A stretch of 64,000 nucleotides of DNA, from contig CM060733.1 of NCBI GenBank assembly GCA_030704615.1, positions 39,494,001 to 39,558,000 on the forward strand, given 5' to 3'. Source of the DNA: Takakia lepidozioides (Eukaryota > Plantae > Bryophyta). Position 1 is the first letter of the stretch, and each line of letters starts with the position of its first letter. Of this stretch, positions 1-11,471 are shown in pieces. The position numbers and the translations under genes were made by a program. Under the pieces are notes generated by a model. The model was not told the DNA's origin and did no database searches. It was given only the letters and a program-made list of their open reading frames with translations.

Positions 1-11
1 GTTCCAACCCA

Positions 12-1659
12 GTGAAGGTGTTCACGGACAATGTCACGGTGAAGTATTTTGCCACGCAGCCCAAGTTGTCCCCAAAACAACTTAGGTGGCAAGATACTTT
101 GGCAGTGTTCGACGTGGATATCCAGTACAAACCGGGACGGGACAATGTGGTGGCCGATGCTTTAAGTAGAAAGCAGCAGCTCTTGTTGGTGTACAAGGGC
201 GAGACGGCGCTCCAAAGGAAGATCCGGAAGGCTTGCCGGAAGGATGAGCTGGCAAAGTGTGATGCAGAACTTGAGAATGGGGGTTAAATCGCAGTTCCAC
301 TTGCAAAACGGACTGCTCCGGTATAAGCAAAAACGTCTCTATGTGCCAAAGGGAGGGATCAGGGATAGTCTCTTGAGAGAATGCCATGATAGCCCGCTTG
401 CGGGCCACGGTGGAGCCAAGCGCACTGCGGCACTCTTGAAGAAAGAGTATTTCTGGCCCAAACTGAGGGAGGAGGCAGAGGAGTATGTAAAGACATGCAC
501 CACATGCCAACAAAACCGGAGCGAGTATAAAAAGCAAGCGGGGCTGTTACAACCCTTGCCGATTCCAGAGGGGACTTGGGAAAGCGTCTCGATGGATTTC
601 ATGACTGCTATGCCGCTGTCAAAAGGATTCGATGCAATCATGGTGGTGGTAGATAGGTTCAGTAAAATGGCCCATTTCATCCCCACCAAGGAGACGGCAA
701 CTGCGCAGGAGACAGGGCGACTTTACTTCGCCCACGTCTTAAAGCATCATGGAGTCCCGAAGGATATTGTCTCGGACCGCGACCCAAAGTTTACGAGTAA
801 ATTCTGGAGAGCACTTTGGAAGAAGATGGGGACGAGGCTGAAGATGAGCACCGCCTTCCGACCTACGACGGACGGCCAAACGGAAAGAGTGAATTTCGTA
901 GTGAAGCAATTCTTGCGGAATTACGTGTCGGCAGACCAATCAGACTGGATGGAACACTTAGACGCGGCAGAGTTCTGTTATAATAACACAGAACACTCCG
1001 CGACGGGAGTTTCCCCTTTTGTGTTGGTCTATGGAAAAGCACCTCTGGTGCCGACAAGTTGGGCCGCCCAGGACGTTGAGGAACCGGCAGTAGCGGCGGT
1101 ACTGGAAGAACGCGAGCGTTTGTTGAAGCTCGCAAAGTACAACATTGCCAAAGCTAGGAAACGGTATGAAAGGCAGGCGAATCGGAAGCGGAGGGAAGTG
1201 AAGTTTGAGGCAGGCACAGAGGTCTGGTTGAACATCAAGAATTTTCGACTACCTCCGGAAATGAGTCCGAAGTTCGTACCTCCGTATGCGGGTCCCTTTC
1301 GCATTCGGAGGGTTATGAATGAGGATGTGTATGAATTGGAGCTGCCAGCAAACAGCAAGGTGCACCCAGTATTCCATGTCTCCCTTTTGAAGCCTTACTT
1401 CAAAGATGAAGCACGTCCGAATCGGCAGCAAGTGTTGCGTCCGCCACCTATGCTGTTGGATCATGAAAATGAACCCGAGTACGAGGTGGAGGCAATACTT
1501 AAGTCGAGGAGGTTCAAGAACCGAGAAACAGAGTATCTCGTCAAATGGAAGGGCTATCATCTTGTGGAGGCATCTTGGGTGCGTGCCTCAGAAATGGGAA
1601 ACGCATCCGAGGCAGTTGCAGCGTTCGAAGGGCGACCTCAAAAGCGAAAGAAGCGTTGA
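12..1659 (+). pseudogene. Gypsy pol C-terminus: RNase H end, integrase (HHCC, DDE, GPF) and chromodomain, frameshifted near 250-285
   Basis: ORFs 12..287 and 244..1659 overlap in different frames. Motifs: HDSPLAGH..CTTC, SMDF, DRDPKF, TDGQTE, YAGPF and EYEVEAIL..YLVKWKGY..ASW. Confidence 0.92.
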
Positions 1660-2565
1660 TGGGGACATCAACCTTGGAGCGTGGGGGAGGAAATGCATGC
1701 TTAGCCCGGTTTAGCTAGCTCAGGAATCCGATTGCAAAAACTTGTATTGTACAAAAATTTGTGATAAAGGAAATGGGTTCCAAATATTGTGCGTCCTATT
1801 GTGTTTGGAATGGTGATGCATGGTGTGGTTGGCTGGTGTGTAGAATGCATGCTAGCTTACAAAAGTGGGAGAGGTAAATTGGGTTAATCGTGTGTTTACG
1901 CAGTGCCGAAATCGGGTGACTCCCATCCAAGGGGCAAGGAAACTTGCGCCTTATTTGGGAGTTCAAGTGCTAGTGCGCACCTGGCGCGTGCGCGTACTAT
2001 AACTGCGCTACCGAGGGGGTTGCCTTGTAGTGCGGGCTAACGCGGAAGCTACGTGCTTCCGTTCACGTACTATAATCGTGTAGCCTCGGGACGAAGTCGT
2101 AGTGCGGCTTCGGCGTGTTCCCGTACCTCAGGCCAGCATTCCAAGGCGGACCCAATTGTAGTGATTGGGGCGCACGGTTGGTTCAAGGTTATCTTCCTAG
2201 TCAAAGAGGGTTCCAGGTGAACCCTTGCTCAAGGTGATGCCAAAAGAGGCATCATGAGCGATTGCAAGCAATGTTGTTGCAGTAAGGCGATTCGATCCTC
2301 GGGGAGGATCGTTCCTTGGCCTTGAAGTAGGCCAAGAAGAGTGCACTGGGAGGAGCTGGAGAGGCTCCACCCTTGGCCGGGACTTGGAGGAAGTCGGCCG
2401 AACTAGCTAGTGGAGAGTGGAGTCAAGTGTGGGGTTTGGTTCTTTGCCATGGGACGCCATGGTACGGAAACAAACTCCTTGATGTGGGACGCCACAACTT
2501 GGATGTTCGTTTCTACAAAATGGACAAGCCGATGAGGACATCGACTCCCTGTTGGTAGGGGTGTG

Positions 2566-3290
2566 TGTCGCGGCCCTTTGCCTTGAGGGCAGGGGGTCGG
2601 GACACGTGAGGGGCTGCCCCTGTGGTGGGGGGCAGCGGCAGCGATAGGTATGGGGGGCTGAAGCACCCTTGAGTGCCCAAGGCACTCAAGGAGGCGGAGG
2701 CGCTCACTAGGTGGAGCCCCGCACACCGGGTTGCGGTGGAGGTGGCTCCACAAGGGGTGGTGGTAGCTTAGTGGGACTTAGTGGGGGTGGCATAGGACTC
2801 ACCATGGGGTGGAGACCTCGAGGTAGGAGTCGTGGGGAGTCTTGGGACTCATCACGGTCCATTGGGGCCGCGGTGAGTGGGCCAAGACTCACCGCGACTC
2901 ACCACCGGGAGTCGAGGGTTTTCGTGGTGGTTCGCCATAAAATGGCATGGCTGGTTATGAAACCCCCGCGGACAGCTACAGAAGTATATATAGGGAGTAG
3001 TAACCCCGAGAACGGTGCAAGCCCGTTGGTGACCAAAAACTAGTGAGTAAGCGAGCGAGCCGGAAAGCGACCAAAGAGTGGGGAGCTGTTCCGGACTGCC
3101 ATCTACCAAAGGGAATTCTCCTAGTCCCAAATAGGTGGAGGGTTTAGAGGGAAGCGGAAGGGGACCGTTATGTCCCGGTGAGCAGCCGAAACTCCAAGTT
3201 GGCCCGGCGGCCAGGTTGGGAGTCAGGCGCGCGCATCAAAGCGAGTAACTATGACTTGAAGGGGAGTTTACCGAACTGAGGTGTGCGACA
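2566..3290 (+). repeat. 3' LTR of the chromovirus (~725 bp)
   Basis: Starts TGTCGC right after TGGTAGGGGTGTG, ends GCGACA (6-bp terminal inverted repeat), and has TATATATA near 2985. Confidence 0.75.
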
Positions 3291-6200
3291 GTATGGGGAC
3301 ATTCTCATAAGCTACGAGGATGAGTCCTATGGACTCAGTCTCTCCACAGCAAAGATCTCGATTTACGATGGTGCATATATCGGAGGACATGACACCGTTG
3401 TCCACTACACCAAAGCAGAACGGGCTGCATCCATTGTCTTCACCTACCGACATCCTATCAGTCATGAGCTTGTTGAGAGGCCAATGGAGGTTCCAGCTTC
3501 TTGGTGAGGATAGTGCAACACGGGAAAAAATTCCCAACTTACCTGAGCATGGATGGCATGCATACTTTTGGCTTCCCTCGGCTTGTGAGGGCATGCATAC
3601 TTGTCACAGTTCATTATTAATAAAAATGTCTCCTTTGAACCAAAGTTCCACTTTTTGCGCAATGTTGCATTTTGTTGTATGTTGACTTTTGGCAGTGAGG
3701 GTCTGGCACTCAATCTTGTAATCAGACCCACTGGAATGCCACCTCTGTTAGTTCCCTTTGTCCATGGGGAAGGTGCTTGCACGCTCGCCCCCCCACACTT
3801 CTTGTCAGACGCTGTAATGATTGGTTTGCGCAGCGCATCTGCACAGGTCATATACCTTCTGACTGCATACCGTTGGCAGTTATTGCGCAAAGGCCAGGGG
3901 CCGCATTCCGTAGACAAGGTTCATTAACTCTCTGACAGTGGATTTTCGGGAGAGTGGGCTCCCCGGATTCGTGAATAGGCTTCGTCGCTTGCAAAAATCG
4001 GCCTTCCATTCCTTCCCCTCGCTGCATCCCCCCTTCTCCCAGGGCGCTTGTCCGAACGCCGTCCTGGCAGTCTTGTGTGCACATCTCCCATGGCAGAAAA
4101 CCCGAGCGCTATAGTGTACTGCCCTCCTCACGAGCATAGAGCTACATTTCCATGCAGAGGGGAGATCTGCTGAAGAAATATCTCTACGTTCGATACCACG
4201 TGAAACTGGAGGAGGAAAGGAATGATTCAAACGGAGTTGTAGTCAAAAGTATTGTTGTGCTCCACAATGATTTCGGCGACAGAGGGAATGACGAGTTCCA
4301 CCATCGGATAACGTCATATACAGGGCTGTTGGGGACTTCATTTTCCCGCCAAATGCGCCTTCTATCCTGGCGCCTTCAACGAAACAATCCGCGAATCAGA
4401 GAGTGGGTACCTCAAAGAGAGAAGTCCGCAACGAAGTAAATCCAGAGCCGAACCCATCAATGAAGACGAGTGAGAACCGGGTTGTTCACAACCTGTCCGA
4501 CTCCGATGAGGTCATGGAAGTTCCGAGATCATCCTGGAGATCAGACAAGTCCTCAATGGACATCAGCGGACGAGGGAGTCATATTCCCAGCACGAACACA
4601 GCAGTTCAATCCATTCTTGAAATTCTGCGAGGGCTTCATATGGAGGGACACCACTCGGAGCTGGCTGGGCAGGACTATAGCAAGTTTGCAATTAAATCCG
4701 TTACATGCCTTCCCGCAGACGTCGACGGTAATATGTTCTTTGAGTTCCCTCATCGAACGGACTATTCGAGGGCGTCCGGAATGTTGTCAGATATGGATAG
4801 GAAACATGACGGTCATCCTTGGTGCGTCACCAAAACCACTAGCATGAAGATGCTTGATGGTGTGCGGGTGCGCTATGTTGTTTGTGCGGGTGCATTGCGG
4901 TGTTTCTCCCTAACTTGCTTCCACTTTAAATCCAGAGGTCACAGGAACGAGACGGATTGGACAGGCACAGCTCATCAACCATTTCGAGCTCAGGAGAAGG
5001 TTCCAAACTCCACATTTAAGTGTGTGCATTGCAAAGAACCACCACATTGCATGTCTGTTTGTAATGCCAAGCAGTTCTATATGTTGCACCGTTTCCTTGA
5101 CCTCACACGAGCTTGCATACACGTTGGTTCCCATTGTCACAAATTGGCAAGGGGGAACTCGCGGGAGGCTGCCCACGAGGCAGAGAAGCTCATTCAGGAG
5201 GAGGTTAAGTTGAGACCTGGTGCCAAACCCAAACAGATACAGCTGCAGGCCGCCCATAAGATGGCATTGGCCAGAATTATGTCGGAAGACGGTTCCGACA
5301 GAGTTCCTCTCGATGAGAAGGAAATGGAGGCATTGCTGGAGTCAGTGTCCCACGTCTGTTCACCGAATGTCCGAAACCACATTGTCTCCTGCAAACAGAA
5401 AATTGGGTGTGGCTCGGATATGCACTCCATTCTGGAGGTGAAGCGACGATGTGGATATGACTACATTCATGGAAGTAGGTTTCCTGGACAAGGGACTAAG
5501 GCAGATCATTGTTTCGTATTCAAAATGTCCACGTGTGGGTCTGGCAGCAGCGTCGAACTGGTCGACCGGATGACGAGTGGGGACTTGTCAAACAGTTGGG
5601 TCATGTTCGACCATATCAAGCGAATTACAAATCACCAGTGGGTGACAATGGCTGCACATGTCTACGACACCCACTGCAGGATGCTAATGACAATTGCTAT
5701 TTGTGAGATGAAAGGAGAGGACACACAATTGGAGATGCTTCTTTGGCAGGGAATAAACGAACAGATGGCCAGGGCAGGATTGCCCCCTCCCAATTTCCAT
5801 GGTTTCATGGCGGACAACGAACAAGCAAATTGGGCTGCCATCCGAAGGGTGTACGGGGAAGACCCCAATGTTCCGATGGAAGGCAAAGAGAGTCTGATCT
5901 TGTGGGTTCCATTTTCTGCAAAGCTTGTCGCAGTACACAACCCAGCTCGTGGCGCCAGATTTCAGAGAGGAACACCGTTCCATGTGTCTTGCGTGGAAGC
6001 TTGCTCCCACCTTGGATGATGCAGAGACACAGTTTGTATGTATACGGGCTTGGTGGACAATGTCAGGTGTTGTATAGAAATCAGACGAGGGAGCAATGGT
6101 CAGTTGGCTAGCATGGTGGCATTATCGTTTCCTCCAGTTTGGCGACTATATGCGGAAGGTGAGTTGGACGAATTCGCGTCCCGTTGAATATTATGCTACT

Positions 6201-8421
6201 CATTATTTGTAACTTGCTTGTAACCTCAACATGTGTATGTGCAGGAAATGTGTCTGGACTCCGACACCGACATGCCGACAACAAACATGGCCGAATCAGT
6301 ACATTCTTCCTGGCGTGCCTCCTCTGCGGCGCATCTGGTGGACATCCTCACTGCCACAACGGAGGACATTGTGAGGTCAATTATGCAGCAATGCAGGTAC
6401 AACGAGTTCTTGAAAGGGAAACAGTGGGGCTTGGGGCCGGACAGGCAGGAAATGTTGATGCGGACTGCCTCCAGATCGAAGAATCCTCGCAAGTGGGCGG
6501 CAGCCTTGCGAAAGGGCCTTCGGGACACGCCATTGCTTCGAAGAGGCCAACACTTGGAAAGAGATGTTCACACCCGTCCAGTGAGACGAAGACTTGACGA
6601 GGCACCTGGCGGAGAAGAGGATTCATGGCGAGTTGACAAGAATATTTGCACGCTCCCTCGTGGTCCCGTGATGTTGCCCGAGGAGGTCTCGTCGAGCACC
6701 GCAAGTCTTGCACGTTCAAGATCGCCATCTCCTTTGAGCACAGGGCACGTGCCCGAGGAACAAAACGAGCCATCTGTAGTAACGCAGTACAACATACCCA
6801 TTGTGGAGACAAAAGTGTCGGAGTCACAGTGGAGAATTGCAAGGACATTGCCGGCATTTCGAGGGAAGTGCTGCGCCATCCGGATGGATACCAGAGCACG
6901 CTGTGGTGAGATGATTCGGAGGAACCCACACGGTGCTGTACCTGTACCTTGTTTCAGCGGCATATTTTTTACTCCCACATTCTCTCACGCCACAACGCAG
7001 ACATTTTGGTTCTATAGGCACGACATAATGACCTGTGTATTTGACAAGCCCAAGTACGAGATTCAGGGAATGCCGGAGCCTCCGGGCGTCTGGCCTGTTG
7101 CACCGGGTTGCAACCTCTCTAAGAATGAGGCGGATGCTCTTTCTGCAGCAGGATTTCGAATGGTGCAATGCACAGACGTCCCGGCCCATTCGTTTCTAGT
7201 TCCTCAGACCCAGCCATTGCAGACTGCTCGGTCCAATAGAGACGGATTGGACAATTCTGCACATCCCACAATGCGATTCGGAAGAGTGAGAGACGACACC
7301 CTCCCAACAAGTTGAATGAGACTCAGAATGCCAATGCTCTTGGGATGGCTTGCACTATTCAGAGCTCCATGGACGTACCCCCCCCCCGGCCTTGGGCGTG
7401 TTTATCGGATGGCAACGGCCGGCTCAGCTGTACGCGACGACGTATACACAATTACGATTGGAATGGAACCGACTTGCAATTGTACGGACTTCTCGTTGAT
7501 GGAAGCAAAGAAGGGGTCAAAGTCCGTGCAAGCATCTGTATTACATTTACCTGAAGAGGTTGAGCATGAACTTGACTATTGATGACTTTATTCATGCACC
7601 AGCATTGAGCGTGAACGAGCTACACAAACTCCTCCGCCGAGATTCCAGAAATCATTGATGGGGCAAAGGGAATCCACAATATGGATATTTGCAATTGCAT
7701 TTTGATGCATTAGACTTTGTTTTTGCAGTGTAATGAAATGCACCCCAAAACTCTTGGAATGAGACAAACAATATTAAAGTGATGTCTTTTAAACACTATG
7801 GACTGCTGGATATCCGTTGACGTCCAGTGACAATTCTATGTCGAAACAGAATCAATACAAAGATGGCGGCAGGAAAAATTTGCAAATCTTCCAGAAAACT
7901 AAGTTCCAACAGTTGCAGTTGTAGGTGCCATTTCTGGAAAAATGGCGCCGAATTTCCAGTTACATGGCCCAGAACTGCCCAACATCTGTGCAATGTCGGG
8001 CACCATGTACCGAAATTCGGCGCCACATTTCCAAATTTTGGGCTTACACTTCAATCATGTTGGGACCTATAACCGCGAAATTCGGCACCATTTTTCGGCG
8101 GAGACACCTATTACCGCGCAATACGTTGTCGATTTCTCTGCTTGCGGACCCTGTTACCGCAAAATTCGGCGCCATTTTTGCAGATGTCGCTCGGAATTCG
8201 CATGAGCGGAAGACGAAATATCATGAGCACGGCTCTCAAAACTACAATTTCTACTTCAAACAATGAATATTATATTGGGGGTTTTTTTTTTTTGGACACA
8301 TTCCATTAAAATAATGTTTTTTAAATGTTTTTTATTTCCAGAATTTGTACTTCTGCTCATGAAAACCGATTGTCTTACTACTCCGCTCATGCCGCTCATG
8401 CTCATGAAATAGCTAACCTCC
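3291..8421 (+). mobile_element. Mutator-like (MULE) DNA transposon with a GCM-like domain; right end ~8421, left part interrupted by the Gypsy
   Basis: Transposase at 4403-7660. Subterminal motif arrays AAATTCGGCGCC (7940-8175) and GCTCATG (8200-8408) end at GCTAACCTCC. Confidence 0.7.
4403..7660 (+). pseudogene. GCM-like zinc domain + MULE-type DDE transposase + SWIM zinc finger (spliced, frameshifted)
   Basis: N-terminal DGHPW..CAGALRC...C..CVHC..PHC..C..HVGSHCH. Catalytic-like motifs WVMFDH, GFMAD and TTNMAESVH. SWIM-like YTITIG..PTCNCTDF..CKHL at 7440-7550. Intron ~6159-6244; frameshift near 5895. Confidence 0.75.
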
Positions 8422-8514
8422 CATAGGGCAGACCATAGGGCATATCAAGCTCCCAGGGCACCTCACCCCTGTGCACCAAACTCCCTGGGAACCCTCGGCA
8501 GACGCTCAATGTTG

Positions 8515-8552
<38 letters not shown>

Positions 8553-10895
8553 AGAGGGAGGGCCATAGGGCAGACCATAGGGCAAAATGAGATGTGGCAT
8601 ACCGGATTCAGTACCGCCACAAACGTGAGACCAGACAGGGTAGACCTTGCAGCGGACCATATAGCAGACCATAGGGCAGATTGAGATGTGGCATACCGGA
8701 TTGCATTGATTTCTGCTTTAGCGTCGTCGACAATGAAGGCATTTGGCCACCAGGTGGGCTTTTCCTGAAGGAGGGCATCACACAATGCTAGCATCCACGG
8801 GATAAGGTCTGATGTTCAATTGCGTGCTGACAATATGTATGCAACCGGAATTCCGTTCAACCATTGGTCGAACACCATCAACGTGAACAAGGGGAACTGC
8901 ATGAAATGACAATTTGTAATTAGCAGACCAGTGTCGTACCGACAGGGCCTATTTTAACAGGGTGTACTAGCACAGGGTCTATTGCAATAGGGTGAAAACG
9001 CACATGGTGTACTGCAACTTGGTGAACACGCATGCTGGAACAGGGTGTACTGGGACAGGGTCTACAACAGTTAGGTCTATCGGGATTGAGGACGAATAAG
9101 CAATGCACCACAAGAGTGGGAGACCGATGTAGTATGTTATCATGCTAGCAGAAGCCCGTGGAGAGGGTCCATGGCATACTTGTGATGGTTAGTTCCAAAT
9201 GTAGCGTCGCAAACTACGATGCACGCATGGCCCAAGTCCAACATCTTCTGCCGCTGCCAAGGAGTCTGAATCCCAATGGTGAAGGTCAAATCTCCATCAA
9301 AATGTTAAAATGTGGGTGCCAATGATTAGGTCTGCTTGCTAGGCTCATTTTTCAGCGAGATTTCGGACATCTTGCTCGAGGAGAAAGTCGTCGCGTGTCC
9401 ATGCGTCTCCCAAGCCATTGTTCTGCATGACGTGCTCCTTGTGTTCAATCATGACTTGGGCGACACTCAAGCCTCGAGACAAACATTCCATGATCCACTT
9501 TTTGAGCTTCTCGCTAATATTTGGAGCGTAAGTATATCGGCTGAACTGGAACTCAACATATCCGCCATGAGAGGGTTTTCCGGACACATCCAGGTGTTGC
9601 ATATTGTTATAATATGTGATGACCCCAATGTCTGGAGTAAAATAACATTGCGAGACTTTGAAACAACAGAGACACCCACGCTTGTAAGACTCGCCGTATT
9701 GGCTTTTCTTTCGTCTTGGACCTTTGTGAGGATTACTGCTTCCAGCCCCAACGTCCGAACCTCCTCGCTTGACTTTAGGATCCGTGACAGTCAAATTGTT
9801 GGTGCGTTTGTCCTCTGGTCCATATCAACACTGATACCTGAACAGGGTCGTATGTCATCGACACCCATGGAGTTCTGCAAGCATGTAAGACAGCCTAAAC
9901 CCTATCTACATATGATGCATGTACATGTCCGGCAAGCACAAACATAGGGCATGAACAAAGAGGCAGTGCGGGAATATGGTGTAGACATGACAGAGGTTAG
10001 ATATGTGTTAGCTCTTGGAGCTCTTCGCGGTCCGGGCTTCGCGTTAACATGCACATTTATGTAAAATTGGGTGGAACATCCGTCTCTACTCTCCTCTCCA
10101 AGTACAAAGTCGGGCACTCTCTGCTAGGGAATACAGGTCGTGCGGACCCGCACTTGAGAGCCTAGAGCGACTCTCGTTCTTCCAGTAAAGGTCTTTGCAT
10201 GAAAATGGCCCATCCTTTGGTGTTTGAAGACATTGTCCCAGTGGACGTATAAGAAAGTTTTCTGGTTGGGCATCGACGGCCGCTGCCATATACACTGCAG
10301 TACCCCTTCGCGCACTCGAAAGCACCTGCAATACGACCTGGAAAAGTGGAAGCGAAGGACGACAGCACGCACGTTCTTGGCAGGATGGAAGCGCGTTGGC
10401 AGGAACAGACCAGAGGGAGGAAAAGATCGATGAAACAGTCTTCGCCCACGATTGGCGGCGGCTGCCATGCCCTAAATCCGGGTTGCTACGATAGCAGCAC
10501 GGCATGACGGTGAGATGGCGGCACATCATCTGGGGTGCGTTTGGGTCTGCCGGATCGGGCTGCTTGGTGGCAGACCCAGCAGACCCAGCAGCGGGCAGAC
10601 CGATCTTGGGCAGACCCCATCCCGGGCAGACCCACTAGGGACCCGATGGCGGGCGGACCCAACGGCGAGGGCGGGCGGACGGGGGCGGCGGGCTGGGGGG
10701 CGTGCAGGCAGGGCCGCTGGCGGCTGCAGGGCTTCCGACCGCGTGCACGGCTGGCAGGTGGGGGGCGGGGCGGGGGAGGGCGACCCCGCATCCGTGCGCC
10801 CTGTCCCACACGCGACATAAACTCCCAATTATTCAAAAATGAGAGGCCACTTGACCCCTGTTTTTGTCCTTTAAAATAAATAAATAAGTACCCTT
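8422..10895 (-). mobile_element. Truncated MULE, same general family as the 22.6-25.7 kb transposase
   Basis: Minus-strand exons KRGCLCCF..QH..SHG..APNIS, GIQTPWQRQKM..CDATFGTN, FPLFTLMVFDQWLNGIPVAY and WWPNAFIVDDAKAEINAIR. GC-rich GGGCAGACCC repeats at 10570-10640. The 3' half is missing. Confidence 0.8.
8518..8548. repeat. (GA)n microsatellite among GCAGACCATAGGGC repeats
   Basis: Read directly from the sequence. Confidence 0.9.
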
Positions 10896-11471
10896 CTGAA
10901 TACATATCAAGGGCTCTGAGAAGTCCACACTTTTTCAGCCCAGAGGAATACTTGATTTATTGCTTGAAGGCCACTTTTTGCTGCCTGTTCTCCACTTCAA
11001 CTCTCAGACATCACACAATAGAACCCACAATAACCTCAACTGCTCTTTGACCATTAGAAGACTGGGCTTTACCCACGACAAACGCTCACCAAGCTTGTTC
11101 AGCACCTGCCTCAACAGTTCTATCCTTCTTGTAACATTTTGGGCTAACACTGCTCCTAGTGCTTCTCCATGGACAGTTGCCATAGCAAAACCAGTCTACA
11201 AAAACAAGTTTAATAGTGCAAGTAGACAAAGTACACTACGACATTTGAAACCAAACCTGCTCTGGCGCTCACATTAGCTGAGGAGATGCACAAAGTATCA
11301 CACTAGTCAGCAACACTGGAAATCACCTGAATTAAAGAGGAAGGATTTAAAGAACCCACCAACCAACCTATAGTTCCAGTACGAAGTGGCTGATACAGAA
11401 ACATGAGCTAGCAAGACACCAGTCCATGGCCCCTAAAACTAGTTCTAGTTCTTTGATCCACTTCACAGAAT

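Larger units (their letters stand above)
1..3290 (+). mobile_element. 3' part of a Ty3/Gypsy chromovirus LTR retrotransposon (Tcn1/Galadriel-like)
   Basis: Contains an RNase H tail (IQYKPGRDNVVADALSR), an integrase and a chromodomain, a purine tract at ~2553-2565, and an LTR with TGTCGC...GCGACA ends. The 5' part lies outside the window. Confidence 0.93.

Noticed and set aside
10486-10905. Pro/Arg/Gly-rich ORFs (also at 17811-18343 and 22053-22376)
   Set aside because: These are by-products of GC-rich transposon terminal repeats that are open in several frames.
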